Shown: piece by piece, positions 37,630 to 47,303 of the stretch
How the letters are laid out: each line of letters opens with the position of its first letter
Numbering within the stretch: position 1 is the stretch's first letter
Assembly (NCBI RefSeq): GCF_006345805.1
Contig: NC_043005.1
Span: 4,712,001 to 4,776,000, forward strand
DNA: 64,000 bases
Direction of reading: 5' to 3'
Origin: Octopus sinensis
Taxonomy: Eukaryota
Notes under the pieces: model-generated
What the model was told of the DNA's origin: nothing
Seen by the model: the letters and a program-made list of their open reading frames with translations, nothing else
Databases searched by the model: none
Translations under genes and position numbers: made by a program

Positions 37630-39049
37630 TTGGGTTGCCCAGAAAGTTTGTGCCGATTTTTAAAGGAAAGAAAATGGTCAATAGATACTTGTTTATTGCT
37701 CCTGAGCATCTGCCACAAAACAAGTATTGAGGTTAATATGACTGACAGAAACCTTTGAAAGCAACAGCATGGTCACAGTCCAAAGACTGATCAGTAAAAG
37801 AATACATAGAAATATTAAAGTCAAAACAATTCAATCATACATGTCAAATAATTAAAAAAGAAATTAGAAGTGTGTTCCTTTTTAATCAACCAAATATGAA
37901 CCATTTTGTTGCACAATGCATCTCCATCTTTCCTTTAACTTGAAAATACCCTCTTCCCAGAATTGGGATGGTTTCATGGCAAAGAATTCATCAAGGTATC
38001 TTTTTACATCATCCAAGGAATTGAAATTTTTACCATTAAGACTATTCTGCAGAGACCTGAATAAGTGGAAATCCGAAGGAGCAATATCTGGTGAATATGG
38101 AGGGTGGGGTAACACATCCCAGCTGAGCTGCAGCAATTTTTGTCTGGTTCCCAAAGAAACGTGCGGCCTTGCATAATCATGTTGGAAAACAATACCCTTC
38201 CTGTTGGCCAATTCTGGACGTTTCTCTTGAATTGCTGCTTTTAACTTGTCCAGTTGTGTGCAGTATTTCTCAGAATTAATTGTCTGGTTACTTGGGAGAA
38301 GCTCATAGTACAGAATTCCTTTCCAATCCCACCAGACACAAAGCAAGACTTTTTAGGGTGAAGACCCGCTTTTGGGGTGGCTCATGTCGCTTACTCCAGT
38401 ATTGCTTTCTCTGAACATTTCGGTAGATAATCCATTTCTTATCACCTGTCACAATTTGCTTTAAAAAAGGTGTGTTTTCATTCCGTATATAGGTTCTTCT
38501 CACACAACTCATGTGGTACCCAAACATCATAGCGATTTGTGTACCCAAGCTTTACCAGGTGCTCATGAATGACGGATTTTGATAGGTTGAGGCTTTCTGC
38601 CAATTCTCGGGTTCTGCAATGTGGGTTATTCTCATTTAATGACTTGATTTGGTCATCATTTGTAGTGGATGGTTTGCCTGATCGCTCTTTATCTATAAGG
38701 CTACAATCTCCAGCTTGGAACCTTGCAAACCACTTCCGTACAGTTCTTCCGGATAAAGAAACATCACCGTAAACTGCGCATATTTCTTTGGTTGCTTGTG
38801 AGGCATTTTTCCCTTTACGGAAAAAGAAAAGCATCAAGTGCCGAAAATGAACTTTCTTATCTTCCATTTTAAAGGGTTACAGAATTAACACAGGTTATAG
38901 GAACATAAACCTTCTTCCACGAAAAGATAGCTTAAACTGTGCTCTAAATGGAGGTGTAGTCAAATCCTATTTTATGGACTCAACCATGTTCTAAAATAAG
39001 TCGAAAGGTAAGCTACTATAAATCGGCATGAACTTTCCAGGTAACCCAA
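37630..39049 (-). mobile_element. Full-length mariner (DD34D, mellifera-like), frameshifted, in MAGOH intron 2
   Basis: The 30-bp TIRs TTGGGTTGCCCAGAAAGTTTGTGCCGATTT and rc TTGGGTTACCTGGAAAGTTCATGCCGATTT match at 25/30, with TA on both sides. The transposase is split over three frames with WVPHEL, TGD, HDYARPH and YSPDIAPSD; 34 residues separate the 2nd and 3rd Asp. Confidence 0.95.
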
Positions 39050-40796
39050 TACATTCACGTTTGACTCCAATTAGATTTATTTATTCAAAACCCATGTAAA
39101 TTATTTCTGGGCTGTCCAATTTCTTTCCATTATGTAAATGAGTTGTGTTTAGCATGGTTTTCTTCGCATATTTAATTAATCTCCATCCACTACCTAATCT
39201 CAGATTTGGTGAATTAATCCTGATTAGTTCAATATTATGAAATAAATCATTTCAAACTTCCTAAGCTACTGGTGAGGGCCCTTGTGAGGCCAAGAATTCA
39301 CAAGGAGACTGGATATATATGGATAGAACTTTGTTTATTGTTAAATTACCATATGTATTGTCTTATTAGCTTTGACACCCTACTTTTTGTTGTGAAGAAA
39401 TCTTAATCCTTCTTTAAGTTGCTTCAGAGTTATGTGGAATTATTCATGATCAGCTGATCTGTATTGTAATTGATTCCTTGTTGATTAAAAGAGGAGAGAT
39501 TTTTGGGAAAATGTTTTACTGCTCATCTAGACAGGTTGGAGGACCGCATTTCCATCACAAGTTTTATTTTGCGCTTGGCTTCTCCAGTTGGATGCCTTTC
39601 CTAATGCTTTATTGGGAGTATTGGGTATTGTTTTTCTTGGCATCGTCACCAGGCAATTGTCATCTCCTCAACAAGACTAAAAACCCACTTGGCCTTAAAC
39701 TTCACAGAGTGCGCTGGGGGTCATTTTAATTTTTCATGGCACCAACCTTAACAGAGGTAGATATGTCTAAAGAGAACTCTTAATTCCATGCCTGTTCTCT
39801 AACCAAACTCCTTTCTTCAATGAATGATAAGGGCATTCAGTATTCTGAAACAAGGGTGTATCATGTAGGTGGTGTGAGCAAGAGGATAGAATGGTCGAGG
39901 AGATGGTGAGAACAGAGGTAGAACCATGATGTGTCGGTGAAAAGGAGCAAGAGGAAGGGGTGGGATATATTTTGGCATTGCCTGTTTGACATCACTGGTC
40001 TGATGCTGACTTATTTGACATCGGATTTTTTAATCTTTCTCTGTCTCTCTGTTTATATGTGGGAGCATCTAGTTATGTTTGTATGTCTGTGTAATCTCTC
40101 TCTCTCTGTCTGTGTGTTTGCTTCCAGTGCCAAAATGTACTGCCACCAAAACAGATTGAATGTCCAATCAGGCTATGAAAAAATTGCCTGCGTCCAAGCA
40201 GCTGCATCCATTTATTTCAATTTGTAAAAGAGCATAAAGGGGACAGAGGGAGGGCCAGGATCGTCATCATCATCATCATCATTTAACATCTGCTTTCCAT
40301 GCTGTCATGGGTTGGACGGTTTGACTGAGGACTGACCAGCCAGAAGGCTGCACCAGGCTACAATCTGATCTGGCAAAGTTTCTGCAGCTGGATGCCCTTC
40401 CTATCGCCGACCACTCCGAGAGTGTAGTGGGTGCTTTTTACATGTAAACAAGGAGACAAAACCTACACACACACACACATGCTTTTGTTTGTGTGTGTGT
40501 GTAGATTTGTCTTAGATGGTTAACTGGAAACTACAACTGTAAACACTTGCACAATCTGCCTCACAGTGGAATTGAACCGAGAACTATGTTGTTGCAAAAC
40601 AACCTTCTTAACCACATAAAGATTTGGATAAAGTTTAAAACAAATTTTCTTCTACCATCATATATTGCAGTTCAAACCTTCCTGTTTCAATGTTTTTCTC
40701 TCTCTTTTGCTTTAATTCACATCACTGACATTTAGTGAATAATTTCACTGATTTATCAAAAAAGATGTAAATTGTTTGTTTTTGTTTCTTATCTAG

Positions 40797-40907
40797 GCTT
40801 ACGTGCACAAGTCAGTGATGGAAGAACTGAAGAGGATTATTGAAGATTCTGAAGTAATGCGAGAAGATGATGAGTTGTGGCCCTCACCAGACAGGGTTGG
40901 CCGACAG
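40797..40907 (+). CDS. MAGOH: Mago nashi coding exon 3
   Basis: atctag|111 nt encoding [37 protein letters not shown]|gtgtgt. Confidence 0.97.
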
Positions 40908-41419
40908 GTGTGTCCCCTTAAGAAATCAGCCCCCCCCCCTTCTTGACTCCATTTCACATTGTGTGGGACTTCATCTAAGTACATCGGCTGAATCAGCCCT
41001 TCCTCTTTTCTACTGCATTCGGCATTGTCTCATTGTCAAGGACTTTAAAATGGAAGTCTTTCACCTCAGACTATGTCAAAGATGTTTAAAACTTTTGTGT
41101 TTGTTTATTTTAAGTCCATTTTTCTATGCCAGCATGGATCCAGTGAATACATACTGAGGTGTTGTTTTACAGCTGGATGCTCTTGCTGTCACTAACCTCT
41201 ATCTATTTTTCAAGTAAGGATTTGTTTGCAGCTAACATCAACAAGCATTACTGTGCTTAACTCTGCACCCTTCATGTTATGAAGCAGAATGTAAGCACAC
41301 AACAATACCCATGTCCATGGACGTGTGTGTGTGTGTAAGGGTCTTATTTTCTGTTTACCAAATTCACTCACAAAGCATAGATGACCCAGTGTGCTGCACA
41401 GTGGGGCTGATGCTAAAAC

Positions 41420-43560
41420 CATTTTTTATAACCCTTCTTATTACATATGAAACAATATCCTGATGCGCAAAAGGTCAAGACTAAGAAACAAAACATCTAA
41501 GCTGACATCAAAACATGAATTACAGAAAGTCCTTGACCAAATATACAGATTAGAAGACAATCTAAAACAACACTATGATGAAGAACGTAACAATGCAGAA
41601 AAGAGAGCCATAGAAAACATCAAGAAAAATCCAAGATGTTTCTACAGTTTTGTAAAGAAATACTCGAACACCAAGTCAACAATAGGACCTCTCCAGAGAC
41701 AAAATGGGGATGTAGTGAATAACCCTATTGAAATGGCAGAAATGTTGGGTCAACAGTATGAAAGTGTCTTCAGTGAGCCATCTAAAACCATGAAGATCCA
41801 TGACCCAGGAAAATTCTTCAAGGATATCGACCATACTAAACCTACCCTATCCGACATTGATTTCAACCCAGAAGACATAGCAAGAGCCATAGACAAGCTC
41901 TCCATGCACTCGGCTGCGGGGCCTGACGGTTTCAATGCCATGATACTTAAAAACTGCAAGGCACAATTGTCGAAACCCCTTTACATGATATGGAGGGAAT
42001 CTATGGAGAATGGCAAAATACCAAATACATATAAAGAAGCACATATAACTCCAATACATAAAGGGGATAGCAAATCAAAACCAAAGAACTACCGACCAAT
42101 CTCACTGACATCACACATTATCAAGGTCTTCGAAAGAATAGTTCGTGGAAAACTGGTTGAGTTCCTGGAATCCAACAATCTGATGAATTGCAACCAGCAT
42201 GGATTCAGGTTAGGTAGATCATGCCTTTCCCAACTACTGGCACACCATGACCAAATCCTAGAAAATCTAGAGAATGGATACAACACAGATGTTATCTACC
42301 TCGACTTTGCCAAGGCATTTGACAAGGTAGATCATGGCATCCTGGGTCACAAACTTCGAAAGCTAGGAGTAGGAGGAAAAGTTGGTACATGGATACACGA
42401 GTTCCTTACAAATAGAACTCAAACAGTCACTGTGAATGGAACCCATTCAACACCATCACCTGTGACCAGCAGTGTTCCTCAGGGTACAGTACTCGGCCCA
42501 ATCCTGTTTCTCATCCTCATCTCTGACATAGATGAAGATACAACCAGCAACGTCTCATCCTTTGCTGATGACACCAGGGTCATGAGACAAATCAAAGACG
42601 AGGTGGATACAGAGGCCTTACAAAAGGACCTGACCACCATATATAAATGGCAGGAAACAAACAACATGTTGTTCAATGATAAGAAGTTTGAACTAATTCG
42701 CTACGGAACAGATCAAGATCTGAAAAATACAACAAACTACAGAAACCCATCAGGACAACAAATAATGGAAAAACAGTATGTGAAAGATTTAGGCATCCAC
42801 ATGGGAACCAACCTAAAATTCAGAGAACACCTTGACTCAGTCTGTCTTACTGCAAGAAAGTACAGCGGGTGGATCTTGCGCACCTTCAAATCAAGAGATA
42901 CCTCAACAATGAAAACCCTCTGGAACAGTATGATACTTCCGAGGATTGACTACTGTTCTCAGTTGTGGTCACCAACAACAAAGGGCCAACTATCTAAGAT
43001 AGAATCGCTCCAAAGAAATTTTACCTCATACTTCTCAGAAACGAGGGACCTGGACTATTGGCAAAGACTCAAAACCTTGAGGATGTACTCAATAGAAAGA
43101 AGATTTGAGCGATACCGAATTATATACATTTGGAAAATGATAGAGCAGAAGGTGCCAAACTTTGGTATCAAAACCTACCACTCACTGCGCCACGGAAGAC
43201 GCTGCCAGCTACCACCAATCAACAAAAAGGCTGGCCAGGCAGCAAAAACCCTGCGAGAATCAAGTCTGTTGGTTCGAGGAGCACAACTGTTCAACTCCAT
43301 TCCGGTACATGTCAGAAATCTATCAGGATGCAGTGTGGAATCATTCAAATTGCAACTGGATAGATACTTAAGCACCATTAGAGATGAACCCCATCTCCCA
43401 GGATATACACAACGAGCACAAACTGACTCAAACTCGCTCCTACACATGTCAAATTTAAGCAGAGAATACAACCTGGCAACCACACCAGACTCTGAGGGTG
43501 GAGTCTTCGACTTGGCCTGAGCATGGACTCAAACCCAAATGAAATGAAAAAATGAAAAAT
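41420..43560 (+). mobile_element. 5'-truncated CR1/L2-group LINE with uninterrupted RT ORF, in MAGOH intron 3
   Basis: ORF 41463-43520 (685 aa) carries RT motifs YRPISLTS, QHGFR, YLDFAKAFDKVDH, VPQGTVLGPILF and FADDT. No endonuclease domain is present. The 3' UTR is short and ends in an (AAATG)-like tail near 43537-43560. Confidence 0.93.
41463..43520 (+). CDS. Non-LTR retrotransposon reverse transcriptase (truncated ORF2)
   Basis: 685-codon open frame with a complete set of RT motifs. Confidence 0.88.
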   Translation: MRKRSRLRNKTSKLTSKHELQKVLDQIYRLEDNLKQHYDEERNNAEKRAIENIKKNPRCFYSFVKKYSNTKSTIGPLQRQNGDVVNNPIEMAEMLGQQYESVFSEPSKTMKIHDPGKFFKDIDHTKPTLSDIDFNPEDIARAIDKLSMHSAAGPDGFNAMILKNCKAQLSKPLYMIWRESMENGKIPNTYKEAHITPIHKGDSKSKPKNYRPISLTSHIIKVFERIVRGKLVEFLESNNLMNCNQHGFRLGRSCLSQLLAHHDQILENLENGYNTDVIYLDFAKAFDKVDHGILGHKLRKLGVGGKVGTWIHEFLTNRTQTVTVNGTHSTPSPVTSSVPQGTVLGPILFLILISDIDEDTTSNVSSFADDTRVMRQIKDEVDTEALQKDLTTIYKWQETNNMLFNDKKFELIRYGTDQDLKNTTNYRNPSGQQIMEKQYVKDLGIHMGTNLKFREHLDSVCLTARKYSGWILRTFKSRDTSTMKTLWNSMILPRIDYCSQLWSPTTKGQLSKIESLQRNFTSYFSETRDLDYWQRLKTLRMYSIERRFERYRIIYIWKMIEQKVPNFGIKTYHSLRHGRRCQLPPINKKAGQAAKTLRESSLLVRGAQLFNSIPVHVRNLSGCSVESFKLQLDRYLSTIRDEPHLPGYTQRAQTDSNSLLHMSNLSREYNLATTPDSEGGVFDLA

Positions 43561-43959
43561 GTAAAGTATACTAGCCATCTCAATATGGCTAACCACTAAG
43601 GGTGGGTGTTACTGTAGCTTGTAGCCCCAGGAGATCATCGTCTCCAGCTGGCTTTAGGCACACTTTTTGTGATCTTATGGTATTTACAAAGGGAGGTCAT
43701 CCCTCTCTCATCAACCTAAGTGATACGCACAGACTGCAGTTTCTAGGTATTTGCCTGTCTTCAGCGTACGGCAATCACCGGTTTTCGATGAAGGGAGACC
43801 TGTTTGCAAATCCTTATTTATTGTTTTTCCAGTAACTTCTGTCACTGATTTCGAAAAACTGTCTGCAAGCAATAATAAATCTCTGAACGAGATGTAAACA
43901 GTAACTGCTCGGCAACGTAAAGTATACTAGCCATCTCAATATGGCTAACCACTAAGGGT
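43561..43959 (-). mobile_element. Retrozyme / Penelope pLTR-like unit (356-bp monomer plus 43-bp terminal duplication)
   Basis: An identical 43-mer, gtaaagtatactagccatctcaatatggctaaccactaagggt, occurs at 43561-43603 and 43917-43959. A hammerhead lies between the copies, the right flank is a TA-rich microsatellite, and no ORF of note is present. Confidence 0.7.
43720..43778 (-). ncRNA. Type I minimal hammerhead ribozyme motif
   Basis: The minus strand reads GUGAU-UGC-CGUACG-CUGAAGA-C AGG CAAAUA CCU A-GAAA-C UGCA G-UC^-UGUGCG-U-AUCAC. The CUGANGA and GAAA cores and the GUC cleavage triplet are intact. Stem III is 2 bp with a palindromic UGCA loop; stem I is 6+5 bp with an internal loop. The stem II closing pair is C.A (non-canonical). 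Confidence 0.8.
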
Positions 43960-44770
43960 TATGTATATATGTATATATATATATATCAATTTGATTCGTT
44001 CTCAGTTGAAAGACACCTATTGTTATTTCTTTTTGTTTGTATTTGTAATTGTGTACCATATTCTCTGTTTCTTTTTTGTTTTTGTTGCCATACACATTCG
44101 CTAGCTTTCTTACACAGGGGTCTAATACTCTTAGCTTAGGCTTTTTTGGGGGGCAACCAGATTGGACCATCTGCCTGTCCTTCTGATTGTTATTTCTTTT
44201 GTCTGCCTTTGTATCGTCTATCTGTCCAAATGTTTTTATTGTCCTCTATTGTGTTTCTGTTCCATTTATATATATATGTATATCATCATCATCATCGTTT
44301 AACGTCCGCTTTCCATGCTAGCATGGGTTGGACGATTTGACTGAGGTGCGCAAGCATGGCTGTGTATTTAAGCAGTTTACTTTCCAACCACACAATTTCA
44401 TGTTTAGTCCTCCTGTGGGGCACCTGGGATGCCCTCTGTTATAGCCCTGGGCCAACCAAATCCTTTTGATGGATTTAATTGATAGAAACTGAAAGAAGCC
44501 CATCGTATATATGTATATTTGTGGGTTTTATGTCACCTTGTCTGGACATCACATCAGTCATAATCAAACATCCGTGTCATACAAGTTCTGTCCCTCGTTT
44601 CCACGATTCTTTGAGAATATTTCTGGCCATAGACAGCCATGACCCATGCAAGAACAGAAAAGTGGATGCTAAAGCAATGATGATGATGATGGTGTATGTA
44701 TAAAAGCAGGATTTTCAATGTATGTAAAACACCTGCTCATATTTTAATCTTTTTTTCTTTCTTTTTAAAG

Positions 44771-44853
44771 GAACTTGAGATTGTCATTGGCGATGAGCAT
44801 ATATCATTTACAACTTCCAAAATTGGTTCCTTAGTTGATGTTAACCAAAGCAA
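44771..44853 (+). CDS. MAGOH: Mago nashi coding exon 4
   Basis: tttaaag|83 nt encoding [27 protein letters not shown] + AA|gtaggt. Confidence 0.98.
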
Positions 44854-45324
44854 GTAGGTTCGCTTTATTAAAATCTACTTTATGTCTAATCATTTAATAA
44901 TTATTAGCAACTACCAAAGTGTTACTACCAAAAGGTAATCTGCATATCCAAATTGACATAGATGCCCCTCTTAGAATACTGAAAACTGCATTATTAGCCT
45001 TGAAAGATCCTTTCTTCTAGGCACTTGGTGCATCCACCAAACGCTTAAAATAGAGAATCTCTCAAGGCTGACAATGCAGTATTTGTTTGGTGTTCTGACA
45101 GGAGCATCCACATCAAGCTGGAAATAAAGATTAGCTGATCATTTTTATTCTTTAATTTTATTATTCCATACTAATCCTCTTTTGTTCCTTAAGGGTTTGC
45201 TCTGGCACCCTATCACAACCATCTTCTTTATCTTCATGCCAATTACTACTTCTTACCCTTATTTAATGCAAGGTAGCCGTGTATCTCCTCTACTGCACGA
45301 CACCTGTGCTTGTCCCTCTGTCAA

Positions 45325-45505
45325 GGTGGTGAGCTGGCAGAAACGTTAGCACGTCAGGCGAAAGGCTTAGCGGTATTTTGTCTGCCGTTACGTTCTGAGT
45401 TCAAATTCCACCGAGGTCGACTTTGCCTTTCATCCTTTCGGGGTCGATAAATTAATTACCAGTTACGCACTGGGGTCAATGTAATCAACTTAATCCCTTT
45501 GTCCC
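45325..45505 (+). repeat. Second tRNA-derived SINE family, in MAGOH intron 4
   Basis: gagctggcagaaacgttagc...gagttcaaattcc (B box)...gactttgcctttcatcctttcggggtcgataaatta. Further copies at 30675-30802 (+), 31808-32240 (-, stacked) and 60845-61068 (-). Confidence 0.8.
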
Positions 45506-45774
45506 TCAGCCATATCTTAATCCCCAAACACTTGGCTAAAAGCCACCTCAAATTTTGATGGAAGGTTTTTAGTTTAGATCACTTTAAAATAAAAAGTTTG
45601 TATCATTGAACCAGGGATGGTCTCAGGCATGTTGGTATCGTAAGGGTTAAGTTGCCATCTTCTTTTTACTTATACCAGGACATAAATAAAAAGATTATAC
45701 AGATAATTGGGACTTGTTTTATTGAGTAAACATCATTGATTTTTCTGAATTAAATATGTTCTTTTTCTTTTCAG

Positions 45775-45874
45775 GGATCCTGAGGGACTGCGAATATTTT
45801 ACTACTTGGTCCAAGATCTGAAGTGTCTCGTCTTTTCTCTCATTGGACTCCATTTCAAGATTAAACCCATCTAA
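45775..45874 (+). CDS. MAGOH: Mago nashi coding exon 5 with stop
   Basis: ttttcag|100 nt encoding (K)[32 protein letters not shown]. The five exons total 447 nt = 148 aa plus stop. Confidence 0.98.
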
Positions 45875-46159
45875 CTTCACTGTCTGCACCATTATGGAAC
45901 CAAACCATTTTTGTCATGTAAAATAATTTCACTTCTCATTTTCTGAACAATTTTGCATTAATTTTTAATATTAAATATTATACATTAGCCAGGAACACAC
46001 TTCTAATTTCTTTTTTAATTATTTGACATGTATGATTGAAATGTTTTGACTTTTATGTATTCTTTTACTGATCAGTCTTTGGACTGTGGCCATGCTGTTG
46101 CTTTCAAAGGTTTCTGTCAGTCATATTAACCTCAATACTTGTTTTGTGGCAGATGCTCA

Positions 46160-47303
46160 GGAACAATAAACACTGAAAATGCACAGAAACCAACTTCCGC
46201 CACACTCCAGGGAGGGGGGGGGTAGCTTCCATTACCTAGGTGACCAGGTCAGTAGCGGGGGTGGGTGCGCTGAAAGTGTAGCTGCGAGAATAAGAATAGC
46301 CTGGGCAAAGTTCAGAGAGCTCTTACCTCTGCTGGTGACAAAGGGCCTCTCGCTCAGAGTAACAGGTAGACTGTATGACGCATGTGTACGAACAGTCATG
46401 CTACATGGCAGTGAAACATGGGCCGTGACTGCTGAGAACATGCATAAGCTTGCAAGGAATGAAGTCGGTATGCTCCGATGGATGTGTAATGTCAGTGTTC
46501 ATACCCGACAGAATGTATGTGCCTTGAAAGAAAAGTTGCACCTAAGAAGCATCAGATGTGGTGTGCAAGAGAGACGACTGTGCTGGTATGGTCATATGGC
46601 AAGAATGGATGAGGATAGCTGTGTGAAAAAGTGCCACACCCTTGCGGTTGAGGGAACCTGTGGAAGAGGTAGACCCAGGAAGACCTGGGATGAAGTGGTG
46701 AAGCACGACCTTCAAACATTAGGCCTCACCAAGGAAATCACTAGTGACCAAGACCTTTGGAAATATGCCGTGCGTGAGAAGACCCAGCAAGCCAAATGAA
46801 ACCATAATCTCATGGCCTATACCAGGGGTGTAACCAGCCCACTTATGCGTACCTTTTGGACACTAAAACTGCTTGCGAAGACCTGTTGAGGCAAGTGAAA
46901 TCAAATTCAATGACTGGCGTCCATGCTAGCAGGGTGCAAAGAGCACCATACGAGTGTGATCATTGACAGAGCAGCTAACCAGCTTCCGTGCCAGTGGCAC
47001 TTAAAAGGCACCATTGGAGTGTGGTTGTTACCAGTGTCAGCATCACCTTACTGGCACTTGTGCACATGCTAGTAGGATGCCAAGAGCACCATCCGAGCGC
47101 AATCGTTGCCAGAGCAGCCAACTGGCTTCCGTGCCAGTGGCACGTAAAAAGCACCCACTACACTCTCGGAGTGGTTGATGTTAGGAAGGGCATCCAGCTG
47201 TAGAAGCTCTGCCAGATGAAGATTGTATCCTGGTTTGCCGGACCTCAGTCAAAATCGTCCAACCCATGCTAGCATGGAAAGCGGACGTTAAACGATGATG
47301 ATG
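46160..47303 (+). mobile_element. RTE LINE 3' fragment downstream of MAGOH
   Basis: ORF 46179-46799 (FHYLGD, AWAKFRELLPLL, MLHGSETW, GRGRPRKTW) is followed by the same 3' UTR and (GAT)n tail. Confidence 0.9.

Noticed and set aside
42566-42600. Other CTGANGA matches (e.g. in the RT FADD codons, ~15800, ~19950, ~22502)
   Set aside because: None is followed by stem II, GAAA and a paired UH triplet, so they are not hammerheads.
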